Source: an uncultured delta proteobacterium (GTDB lineage: Bacteria; Desulfobacterota; Binatia; JACPRU01). From it: a DNA stretch of 64,000 nt. The translations under genes were made by a program, and so were the position numbers. Each line of letters opens with the position of its first letter. The stretch's first letter is position 1. Of this stretch, positions 44,852 to 53,938 are shown piece after piece. The notes under the pieces are model-generated. The model saw only the letters and a list, made by a program, of their open reading frames with translations. It made no database searches and had not been told where the DNA came from. The stretch lies in NCBI GenBank assembly GCA_963745025.1, contig CAVUWD010000016.1, forward strand, positions 416,001 to 480,000, given 5' to 3'.

Positions 44852-47800
44852 ATGCGCTGCTCAAAGTGTGGCCGGGAGAATCGAGCCGGCCGAAGGTTCT
44901 GCGCCCATTGCGGCGCCAAGCTCACGCTCGTCTGCGCCTCCTGCAAAGCCGAGAACGAGTCGGGGGAGCAGTTCTGCGGAGAATGCGGCAAATCACTCGC
45001 GGGTCTGGCGGCGCCGGTTCGAACGCCGGACCCCCGCTCTTACCCCCCGGACCACCTCGCCGAGAAGATCCTGACTTCACGCAGCGTCCTCGAAGGCGAA
45101 CGCAAGCAGGTGACCGTGCTCTTCGCCGACGTGAAGGGCTCGATGGAGCTCGGCGAGAAGGTCGATCCGGAGGAGTGGTATCGGATCATGGACCGCTTCT
45201 TCCAGATCCTCTCCGATGGGGTCCACCGCTTCGAGGGGACGGTCGACAAGTTCACCGGCGACGGGATCATGGCGATATTCGGGGCGCCGATCGCCCACGA
45301 GGACCACGCACGGCGCGCCTGCTACACGGCGTTGCATCTGAGGGATGAACTTCGCCGATACGCCGAGGAGCTGAAACGTACACGGGGACTCAGCTTCTCC
45401 GTGCGTATGGGACTCAATTCGGGTGAGGTCGTCGTGGGAACGATCGGCGACGATCTCAAGATGGTCTACACGGCGCACGGCAACACCGTTGGACTCGGCC
45501 AGCGAATGGAGCAGCTCGCCACGCCCGATCAAGTCTATCTAACCGAGAACAGCGCGAAGCTCGTCTCGGGCTTCTTCTCCCTGCGCGACCTCGGCCCGTT
45601 CGAGCTCAAGGGGGTGAGCGCTCCGGTCCGGGTCTTCGAGTTAGAGGGCGTGGGCAGGCTCCACACTCCGCTCGAGGTCGCTCGCTCGCGCGGCTTCTCA
45701 CGGTTCGTCGGCCGTCAGGAAGAAACCGCGGCTCTGGAAGCCGCGCTCGCCCGGGCCATCGGCGGGAGCGCGCAGGTGGTCGGCGTCGTCGGCGAGCCAG
45801 GGGTCGGCAAGAGCCGGCTCTGCTTCGAGTTCCTCGAGCACTGCCGGGAACGGGGCCTCGCGATCTTCCAGGCGCACGGCGTTCCGCACGGGAAGGCGAT
45901 TCCCCTGCTGCCGATACTCGAGCTCTTTCGGAACTTCTTCGCCATCACGGACCAGGACTCCGATGAGGCCGCACGTGAAAAGATCGCCGAAAGGTTTGTG
46001 CTCCTCGACGAAAGCCTGCGCGAGTCTCTTCCGCTGATCTTCGATCTGCTTGGCGTTCCCGATCCGGAGCGTCCCGTGCCGCCGATGGACCCGGCGAAGC
46101 GTCAGCGCCAGCTTCACACCGTGGTGAAGCGCGTCACGCAGCTGTTCGGTCGGCAGCAGCCGGCGGTGGTGTTTCTAGAGGATCTGCACTGGTTCGACGG
46201 CGCGAGCGAGGGGTTTCTCGAGCCAATCATCGAAGCTCTGCCCGGTACGCAAGGGCTCGTGCTGGTGAACTTCCGCCCCGGGTATCACGCCGCGTGGATG
46301 CAGAAGTCCTACTACCAGCAGCTGCCACTGCTGCCGCTCGGGCCGGGGGCGATCGCGGAGCTGCTGCGGGAACTTCTCGGCACGGACCCTTCGCTGGCCA
46401 TACTTGCTGACCGCATCGGGGAGCAGGCGGGCGGGAACCCTTTCTTCATTGAAGAGGTGGTGCAGGCGCTGGCCGAGACCGGGAGCCTGGAGGGCGCAAA
46501 GGGGGCGTACCGGCTGGTGGGGCCCGCGGCCGATCTGCGGTTGCCGCCCACGGTCCAGGCCGTGCTCGCCGCTCGCATCGATCGGCTCGCGGAGCGGGAG
46601 AAGGGCGTGCTACAGACGGCGGCCGTGATCGGTAGGGAGTTCACCGAGCCGATCTTGCGCCGTGTCGTGGAGCTCCCTGAGGCGGAACTAACCGCCGCGC
46701 TCCAGAGGCTCACCGCGGCGGAGTTCATCTACGAGGAGGCTCTCGTTGCGGAGCCGGGGTACACGTTCAAGCATCCGCTGACGCAGGAGGTGGCGTACGG
46801 CTCGCAGCTCGGCGAGAGGCGCGCGCGTGTCCACGCCGAAGTGAAACGGGCGATCGCGGATCTACATCGCGACAGGCTCGACGAGAAAGCCGCGCTCCTT
46901 GCGCAACACTGGGAAGCGAGCGGCGACGCGCTGGAAGCTGCCGGCTGGCACGACCGGGCCGCACGATGGGCGGCCAGGAGCCAGGTCATGGAAGCTGTTC
47001 AGCACTATCGGAAGGTGCGCGAGCTCGTGCAAAAGGCCGCGGACTCCTGCGAGGCGGCCGATCTGGACCTTCGCGCTTGCTTGCGCCTCCTTGAAGTCGC
47101 ATATGCCGTCGGGCCTGCCGAGGAAGAAGCGCGGGTTCTTTATTCCGTCGGGAAGGACCTCGCCACTCGGAAAGGTGATCTTCGAATCCTCGCGCTCTTG
47201 AGCTCCGCCTACGCGGAGTTCCTGGCGGGTTACGGGTTGTCGGAGGAGTCGCTTCGCTATGGCGAGGAAGCTCTCGCGCTTGCTGAGCGCCGCGGTGACC
47301 CCTGGCTCAAGTTGATGACCCGCGTAGGCTTGCTTCGCGCGAGTCTCTACGGACGCCCCCAGAGGGGGCTCAACGTCGCCGAAGAGGGTCTCGAGCTGTC
47401 GGAAGCAGAACTCGAGCGGACACCGCCTCCGGCCGACACCCCGCCGTACGGTTGGTTCCGCGCCCATCTGTTTTTCTACAAGGGCGAGTTTCTCTGCCTT
47501 TTGGGACGGCCGAAGGAAGCGGAGGGGTGGTTTCTCCGCGCCATTGCGTTGGTCCGAGAAGCCGGCGATCTCGCTCTGCTTGCGAGTTTCCACTCGGCCG
47601 CAGCCGAGCCGCTTTACGGAATGCTCGGCGATGCCAGCGCAATGCTGACACATGCCCGGGAGGCCGTGCAGGGTGCGGAGAGACTCGAGGCGCCAGCCGT
47701 CATCGCGAACGCCTACAGGAGTCTCGGATCCGCGTTGCTGCACTCCGGAGCATTTGGAGACGCATTGGCGGCGTTCGAGAGGGCACTGGCCGTGCAGGAA

Positions 47801-48214
47801 GGCTTTCAGTGGAAGCCCTGGATTCTCGCCGGCCTCGCCTGGACGCATCTCGCTCTCGGAGACGGCGAGACGGCGCTGAAGAGGGCTCGCGAGGCGGCGA
47901 ACGTCACGCGGGGATTGCAGGGCAAGCTCACCGAGTTTGCCGTCCAAATTTGCGTCGCCCACGTTCTCCTCTCGACACGCGGCCGCGTGGCCCGAGAGGA
48001 GATCGAGTCTGCTCTACAAACCGCGGCAGAAGCGGTCGCAGCAATGGGCGCGAGGGGCTACGAGCCTGACGTGCTTATCGCGCGGGCGCGACTCGCCCGC
48101 CTGTTCGGTGACGAAGGCCGCTACCGCGGCGAGCTCTCCGAAGCCCACCGCCTCCTCACCGAAATGGGCGCAACGATCCGGGCGGAGCAGGTTGCGAAGG
48201 AGCTCGCCGGATGA
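44852..48214 (+). CDS. Double zinc ribbon-class III cyclase-STAND/AAA ATPase-TPR protein (copy 1)
   Basis: CxxC repeats, GERKQVTVLFAD, FTGDG, GEPGVGKS, EDLHW, GNPFFIEE, FKHPL, helical repeats. Confidence 0.92.
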   Translation: MRCSKCGRENRAGRRFCAHCGAKLTLVCASCKAENESGEQFCGECGKSLAGLAAPVRTPDPRSYPPDHLAEKILTSRSVLEGERKQVTVLFADVKGSMELGEKVDPEEWYRIMDRFFQILSDGVHRFEGTVDKFTGDGIMAIFGAPIAHEDHARRACYTALHLRDELRRYAEELKRTRGLSFSVRMGLNSGEVVVGTIGDDLKMVYTAHGNTVGLGQRMEQLATPDQVYLTENSAKLVSGFFSLRDLGPFELKGVSAPVRVFELEGVGRLHTPLEVARSRGFSRFVGRQEETAALEAALARAIGGSAQVVGVVGEPGVGKSRLCFEFLEHCRERGLAIFQAHGVPHGKAIPLLPILELFRNFFAITDQDSDEAAREKIAERFVLLDESLRESLPLIFDLLGVPDPERPVPPMDPAKRQRQLHTVVKRVTQLFGRQQPAVVFLEDLHWFDGASEGFLEPIIEALPGTQGLVLVNFRPGYHAAWMQKSYYQQLPLLPLGPGAIAELLRELLGTDPSLAILADRIGEQAGGNPFFIEEVVQALAETGSLEGAKGAYRLVGPAADLRLPPTVQAVLAARIDRLAEREKGVLQTAAVIGREFTEPILRRVVELPEAELTAALQRLTAAEFIYEEALVAEPGYTFKHPLTQEVAYGSQLGERRARVHAEVKRAIADLHRDRLDEKAALLAQHWEASGDALEAAGWHDRAARWAARSQVMEAVQHYRKVRELVQKAADSCEAADLDLRACLRLLEVAYAVGPAEEEARVLYSVGKDLATRKGDLRILALLSSAYAEFLAGYGLSEESLRYGEEALALAERRGDPWLKLMTRVGLLRASLYGRPQRGLNVAEEGLELSEAELERTPPPADTPPYGWFRAHLFFYKGEFLCLLGRPKEAEGWFLRAIALVREAGDLALLASFHSAAAEPLYGMLGDASAMLTHAREAVQGAERLEAPAVIANAYRSLGSALLHSGAFGDALAAFERALAVQEGFQWKPWILAGLAWTHLALGDGETALKRAREAANVTRGLQGKLTEFAVQICVAHVLLSTRGRVAREEIESALQTAAEAVAAMGARGYEPDVLIARARLARLFGDEGRYRGELSEAHRLLTEMGATIRAEQVAKELAG

Positions 48215-51200
48215 AGTGCTCCGGATGCGGCCATGAGAACCGGGATGCCGCAAAGTTCTGCGAAGAATGTGCGGCTCCGCTCGGACGCAAGTGTGCAGGC
48301 TGCGGTGCCGAGCTTCGCCCCGTAGCCAAGTTCTGCGACGAGTGTGCGACGCCGGTAGCTAGCGGGCCCTCGACCCTCTCCGCCGACCCTCGCTCCTACA
48401 CGCCAAAGCACATTGCCGAGAAGATCCTCACCTCTCGCGCCGCGCTCGAAGGCGAGCGCAAGCAGGTGACGGTGCTCTTCGCCGACGTCAAGGGATCGCA
48501 GGAGCTCGCCCGCAGCGTCGGCGAAGAGGTCTGGCACCAGGTGCTCAACCGCTACTTCGAGATCCTCGCCGCCGGCGTCCACCGCTTCGAGGGAACGATC
48601 AACCAGTACACCGGCGACGGCATCATGGCTCTCTTCGGCGCCCCGATCGCACACGAGGACCACGCGCAGCGCGCCTGTTTCGCGGCGCTCGCGATCCGCG
48701 ACGAGCTGGCGGCGTTCTCGGCCGAGCTCCGCCGCACGCTCGGCCTCAACTTCTCGACGCGGATGGGGCTCAACTCGGGAGAGGTCGTGGTGGGACGCAT
48801 CGGCGACGATCTCCGGATGGACTACACCGCGCAAGGGCACACGGTCGGGCTCGCGGCCAGGATGCAGGCGCTCGCCGAGCCGGGGAAGATCTACCTGACC
48901 GAGATCACCGGGTCGCTGGTCTCGGGGTTCTTCGAGCTCAAGGATCTCGGCCGCTTCTCGATCAAGGGGGAGGAGCGGAACCTCCGCGTCTACGAGCTCC
49001 GCGGCGCGGGGCGCCTGCGGACGCGCTTCGACGTGGCGCGCGAGCGGGGACTCTCGCCGTTCGTCGGGCGCGATACCGAGATGGGCCTCCTCGAGGGCAG
49101 CCTCGCCGCCGCGCTCTCGGGGCAAGGGCACGCCGTCGGCGTGGTCTCCGAGGCAGGGATCGGCAAGAGCCGGCTCTGCTGGGAGTTCGCCGAGCGCTGT
49201 CGCTCTCGCGGTATCACCGTGTTCGAAGCGCGCGGCGTTCCGCAGGGGCAGACAACCTCGCTGCTGCCGATCCTCGAGATCTTCCGCGCCTACTTCGAGC
49301 TGCGTGAGGACGACGATCCGGGGACCGAGCGCGAGAAGGTCGCCGGGAAGCTCGTCCTCCTCGACGAACGTCTGCCGGAGGCGCTGCCGCGGATCTTCGA
49401 GCTCCTGCGGATGGGGGACAAGCGCGCATCCGCTCCCCGCGGCGATCCGGAAGCGCGCCGTCGCGAGCTCTCGCGCCTGCTCGCCGATCTCGTCCGCCTG
49501 CGCAGCGCCCGGGAGGCGCTGGTCATCGTCGGCGAGGACCTCCAATGGTGGGATGCCGCGAGCGAGCGGATGATCGAGAGCCTGGTCGAATCCGCGGCGA
49601 AGAGCCGCGCCCTCTTCGTCCTCAGCTGGCGGCCGGAGCACCGGCCGGACGTGCGGGATACCGCAGGCTATCGCGAGATCGTTCTCGGGCCGCTGGCCTC
49701 CGAGGCGACGCGTTCGCTGGTCACGCGGCTCCTCGGCGACCACCCGTCGGTCGCGAGCCTGGTCGAGCGGATCGTCGAGCGCAGCGAAGGGAATCCGTTC
49801 TTCGTCGAGGAGGTCATCCGGGCGATGACCGCGAGCGGTCAGCTGAAGGGAGAAGAAGGCGACTACCGCACGGTCCGGGCGGTCGACGAGATCGTGCTGC
49901 CGGCGACGGTCCAGGCCGTGATCGACGCGCGCATCGATGCGCTCAGCGAGCGGGACAAGACCGTTCTCCAGGCGGCAGCCGTCCTCGGCAAGGAGTTCTC
50001 GGCGGAGGTTCTCGAGCGTGTGGCGCAGCTGCCGGCGAAGGAGGTCAGGGAGGCGCTCGAGTCGCTCGCCGAAGGCGGCCTGATCGTGCATCTCCGAGCG
50101 GACGGGGGTGGGTGGGAGACGATCGCGCATTCGATCGTGGAGCTCTTCGAGCGCATCGTCAGCGGCGAGCGCCGATCCGAGGACCTCTACGCGTTTCGCC
50201 ATTCGCTCCTCCAGGAGGTGGCCTATCGCTCGCAGCTGGCCCAGCACAGGAACCGCCTCCACGCCGAGGTGGCGCACGCGCTCGAAGGGCTCGCTCCGGA
50301 GCACGCGGACGAGCGCGCGGCACTGATCGGGCATCACCTCGAAAGCGCCGGCGACCTACTTGCCGCGGCCCGCTGGTACACGCGAGCGGCGCGCTGGGAG
50401 GGCTCGCAGGACCCGGCGGAGGCGCTGCGGTGGTGGCAGAAGGTGCGTCTGCTCGTCGGCGAGATCGGCGACACTTCCGACGAGTCGCTCACGCTCTCGG
50501 TGATCTCCGGAATCCAGGTGCTGAATCTCAGCTGGCGGCTCGGCATCGCCGGCGACGAGGTCAAGGCGATCTTCGAGGAAACGCGCGCAGCGGCGGAGCG
50601 GACGGGACGCCCCGAGGCGCTGGCCGGAGCGTTCGCGACCTTCGGGTTGGTGCGCGGCATGGCCGGGCACGTGCGGGAATCGCTGCAGCATCTCCGCGAG
50701 GCGACGAAGCTCGTCGCGGGCTCGGAGAACGTCGGCCTCAGGCTCGCGATCGCCGGCGCGCGAGCCTACGCGGAGGCGGCGAGCGGCGAACTCGCCGCGG
50801 CGCTCGCGACCGCGGACGAAGCGCTCGAACAGGGCGGCGGAGATCTCGAGCTCGGGGCCGATCTGGCGGCGATGCGGCCGGTCCTGTTCTTGATCGCGCT
50901 ACGCGGCTTCGTGCTCACGCACGCCGGCCGTCTCGGCGAGGCCCGCGAGGCCCTCGAGCGTGCGCTCGCCGCCTCCGACGAAGAGCGCGACTCGGAAGTC
51001 GTCGGCTGGATCCACGGCTGGAAGGTGCAGCTCGCCGTCGTCAGTGGCGCCGACGAGCACGCGATGGAAGACGCCCGACGGGGCTCCGACATCGCGGAGA
51101 GGAACGGCAGCCAGTTCTCGCAGGTGATCGCGCTCTCTTACCTCGGACGCGCACACTTGCTCCGGGGCGAATGCGCCGAGGCTGCCTCGGCGCTGGAGAA

Positions 51201-51633
51201 GGCGCTCGCCCTGGCGCGGAGGCGAAGGACCGCGCTCGAGACCGAGCCGGAGATCGTCGCCAACCTCGCCCAGGCAGTCCTCATGTGCGGCGATCCGGAG
51301 AAGGCCGTGAGGCTGGCGGAGGAAGCGGTCGAGATCGCGCGGAGCCGCGGCGCGCGGCTCGGCGAAGTCATCGCGGGACGGATCCTGGGAAGCATTTTGG
51401 CGGGAGCAGGGCGGAGGCGGGCGGCGCGGCGAAGTCTCGAGCGCGCGCTCATGCTCGCGCGGGAGATCGGAGCGCGGTCGGTGGAGCCGTTCGCGCATCT
51501 CGGGCTCGCGGAGGTAGCGCGGCTGGCGGGGGATGAGAAGGTGAGGGCGGACGAGTTGGCGCGGGCTCGCGAGCTGTTCGGCGCGATCGGAGCCGAGGGG
51601 CATGCGGAGAGGGTTGAAGTGGTTCGCGGGTGA
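48211..51633 (+). CDS. Double zinc ribbon-class III cyclase-STAND/AAA ATPase-TPR protein (copy 2)
   Basis: Same architecture; YTGDG, SEAGIGKS, EDLQW, GNPFFVEE; ATGA overlap with copy 1. Confidence 0.92.
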   Translation: MKCSGCGHENRDAAKFCEECAAPLGRKCAGCGAELRPVAKFCDECATPVASGPSTLSADPRSYTPKHIAEKILTSRAALEGERKQVTVLFADVKGSQELARSVGEEVWHQVLNRYFEILAAGVHRFEGTINQYTGDGIMALFGAPIAHEDHAQRACFAALAIRDELAAFSAELRRTLGLNFSTRMGLNSGEVVVGRIGDDLRMDYTAQGHTVGLAARMQALAEPGKIYLTEITGSLVSGFFELKDLGRFSIKGEERNLRVYELRGAGRLRTRFDVARERGLSPFVGRDTEMGLLEGSLAAALSGQGHAVGVVSEAGIGKSRLCWEFAERCRSRGITVFEARGVPQGQTTSLLPILEIFRAYFELREDDDPGTEREKVAGKLVLLDERLPEALPRIFELLRMGDKRASAPRGDPEARRRELSRLLADLVRLRSAREALVIVGEDLQWWDAASERMIESLVESAAKSRALFVLSWRPEHRPDVRDTAGYREIVLGPLASEATRSLVTRLLGDHPSVASLVERIVERSEGNPFFVEEVIRAMTASGQLKGEEGDYRTVRAVDEIVLPATVQAVIDARIDALSERDKTVLQAAAVLGKEFSAEVLERVAQLPAKEVREALESLAEGGLIVHLRADGGGWETIAHSIVELFERIVSGERRSEDLYAFRHSLLQEVAYRSQLAQHRNRLHAEVAHALEGLAPEHADERAALIGHHLESAGDLLAAARWYTRAARWEGSQDPAEALRWWQKVRLLVGEIGDTSDESLTLSVISGIQVLNLSWRLGIAGDEVKAIFEETRAAAERTGRPEALAGAFATFGLVRGMAGHVRESLQHLREATKLVAGSENVGLRLAIAGARAYAEAASGELAAALATADEALEQGGGDLELGADLAAMRPVLFLIALRGFVLTHAGRLGEAREALERALAASDEERDSEVVGWIHGWKVQLAVVSGADEHAMEDARRGSDIAERNGSQFSQVIALSYLGRAHLLRGECAEAASALEKALALARRRRTALETEPEIVANLAQAVLMCGDPEKAVRLAEEAVEIARSRGARLGEVIAGRILGSILAGAGRRRAARRSLERALMLAREIGARSVEPFAHLGLAEVARLAGDEKVRADELARARELFGAIGAEGHAERVEVVRG

Positions 51634-52070
51634 CGCTCTCGCGTAGAAGTAGTTCTTATGAGGCGAACGGCGATCGAGCGTCTGCAACGATGGAGAGCCG
51701 CCCACTTCGACGCCGACGGACAACCCGTCGAGCCACTCGAGCAGATCTCTTCGACGCTGGGGTGGAAAAGTCATCCCGACCAAACCCTCGCCGTCGCCCG
51801 CTCGACTTCATCATGGCCGCCAAGACCGACGCACTGGCCGCCACGGGAGGACACGGCGCGCACGCCGACACCCGAAGTAGGGCACCCGGCGAGCCGTCGC
51901 TGGGCTGCGGCGCGATACATGGCCACACTGCGCAGCCGCGGGTTGAAACGATCACCTTGACGCTCTCGTGCTTCGAGCGCTTGGGTCTTCAAGGCATCTG
52001 CGTCGCAATGAAGGAGCTCCTCAGCCAGCGCGGAGCCTCCGAATCACCAACACGAGGAAGGAGAAAAACC

Positions 52071-52826
52071 ATGAGCGATTCGAAGGGAAACTTCGTCTGG
52101 TACGAACTCGTCACGAGCAACATGGCCGCCGCCGAGGGGTTCTACGGGAAGGTCGTCGGCTGGGACGCGCAGGCGTTCGATGGCAGCGGCGGACCGTACA
52201 AGATCCTGAGCATGAAGGGGAAGGGCATCGGCGGGCTGATGGAGCTGCCCGCCGGCATGAGCGAGCCTTTCTGGTTGGGCTATGTCGGTACACCCGACGT
52301 CGACGCGGCGGTCGCGCGGCTGAAGGACGCCGGCGGGTCGGTCCACCGTGCGTTCGACATCACGAACGTCGGGCGGATCGCACTCGTCGCCGATCCGCAG
52401 GGCGTCGGCTTCGCGATGATCCAGGGCGCGAGCGACCGGCCGAGCGAAGCGTTCGACCAGAGCGCGCCGGGCCATGGCAACTGGCACGAACTGCACACGA
52501 CCGACTGGCGGGCGGCGTTCGATTTCTACGCGGGCCAGTTCGGCTGGACCAAGGGCGCCGCCTTGGACATGGGGCCGATGGGCACCTATCAGCTGTTCGA
52601 AGCCGACGGCGTCCAGATCGGCGGTATGATGAACAGCCCGAACTTCCCGCGGCCGATGTGGCTTTATTATTTCGGGACCGGCAACATCGACGACGCGGCC
52701 AGGCGCGTCACCAGCAATGGCGGCGCGATCCTGCACGGGCCGAGCGAGGTTCCGGGCGGCGGGTTCATCACCCAGGCGCGCGATCCGCAGGGTGCGATGT
52801 TCGCACTCGTCGGGCGGCGCGGTTGA
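52071..52826 (+). CDS. Two-domain VOC/glyoxalase protein
   Basis: FVWYEL, ADPQG, WHEL, RDPQGAMF; GGAGA RBS. Confidence 0.9.
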   Translation: MSDSKGNFVWYELVTSNMAAAEGFYGKVVGWDAQAFDGSGGPYKILSMKGKGIGGLMELPAGMSEPFWLGYVGTPDVDAAVARLKDAGGSVHRAFDITNVGRIALVADPQGVGFAMIQGASDRPSEAFDQSAPGHGNWHELHTTDWRAAFDFYAGQFGWTKGAALDMGPMGTYQLFEADGVQIGGMMNSPNFPRPMWLYYFGTGNIDDAARRVTSNGGAILHGPSEVPGGGFITQARDPQGAMFALVGRRG

Positions 52827-52840
52827 GCAAGGAGAGGACA

Positions 52841-53320
52841 ATGGCGAAAATCATCCCCCATCTCTGGTACAGCAGCGAGGCCGAGGAAGCCGCGAACTTC
52901 TATGCGTCGATCTTTCCGGATTCGAGCGTCGACCGGGTGACTACGCTTCCCAATGAGAGCCCCAGCGGCCCGGCGGGGTCGGTCAAGATCGTCGAGTTCA
53001 CCTTGTTCGGCCAACCATTCCAGGCGATCAGCGCTGGGCCGCTCGACCCGTTCAACCATGCCGTCTCGTTCATCGTGAACTGCGGCGACCAGGCCGAGGT
53101 CGATCGCTATTGGAACGCGCTGCTCGACGGCGGCAAGGCCGAGCAATGCGGCTGGCTGAAGGACAGATACGGCCTGTCGTGGCAGATCGTGCCGACCGCG
53201 CTCGGAAAGTTGATGACCGATCCCGACAGGGCGAAGGCCAAGCGCGTCGGCGACGCGATGCTGAAGATGGTCAAGCTCGACATCGCTAAGCTCGAGGCGG
53301 CGGCCGAGGGCGGGAAATGA
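52841..53320 (+). CDS. PhnB/3-dmu-9-3-mt-type VOC protein
   Basis: KIIPHLWY..AEEAANFY, CGWLKDRYGLSWQIVP. Confidence 0.9.
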   Translation: MAKIIPHLWYSSEAEEAANFYASIFPDSSVDRVTTLPNESPSGPAGSVKIVEFTLFGQPFQAISAGPLDPFNHAVSFIVNCGDQAEVDRYWNALLDGGKAEQCGWLKDRYGLSWQIVPTALGKLMTDPDRAKAKRVGDAMLKMVKLDIAKLEAAAEGGK

Positions 53321-53790
53321 CGGCCGCCGCGCTGTTTGAGTTGGCGATCGAGCGTCATATCGATGCGCCGCCCGAAACCGTGTTCAAGGTGTGGACCGAA
53401 CGGCTCGAGGAATGGTGGGCGCCGAAGCCATGGACGACCCGGATCATCGAGCAGGATCTGCGCCCCGGCGGGCGGTCGGCGATGGTGATGAGCGGGCCCG
53501 CAGGCGAAACGTCGCCGATGGAGGGCGTGATCCTCGAGGTCGTTCCCAACGAGCGGATCGTCTTCACCAACGCCTTCACCGCGGGTTGGATTCCGCAGAC
53601 GCCGTTCATGGTCGGCTTCTTCGAGTTCGCGCCCGAAGGCGGTGGCACGCGCTATCGCGCGGGCGCGCGGCACTGGGACGAGACGACGATGAAGCAGCAT
53701 GAGGCGATGGGCTTCCAGCAGGGCTGGACACAGGTCGCGCGGCAGCTGGCGGAATTGGCCGAGGCAGAGCACAAGTCGCAGTCATCTTGA
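53317..53790 (+). CDS. SRPBCC/AHSA1 domain protein
   Basis: IERHIDAPPETVFKVW, DLRPGG, HEAMGFQQGW. Confidence 0.9.
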   Translation: MTAAALFELAIERHIDAPPETVFKVWTERLEEWWAPKPWTTRIIEQDLRPGGRSAMVMSGPAGETSPMEGVILEVVPNERIVFTNAFTAGWIPQTPFMVGFFEFAPEGGGTRYRAGARHWDETTMKQHEAMGFQQGWTQVARQLAELAEAEHKSQSS

Positions 53791-53938
53791 CGAAAGTCAG
53801 GATCCATTGCCGCAACGAAGCGCGAATCGGCGGGAGATCACGCGGTGGCAGAAGCGGGCTGAGCGGGCGGAGGCGTCGGTCGATGTCCAAAAACAAACGG
53901 AAGTTGATCCCCCTCCGCCCCGACTGGAAGACACATCG

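Noticed and set aside
51650-52050. Possible gene remnant between the cyclase pair and the VOC operon
   Set aside because: Protein-like stretches in two frames but no family I can recognise.
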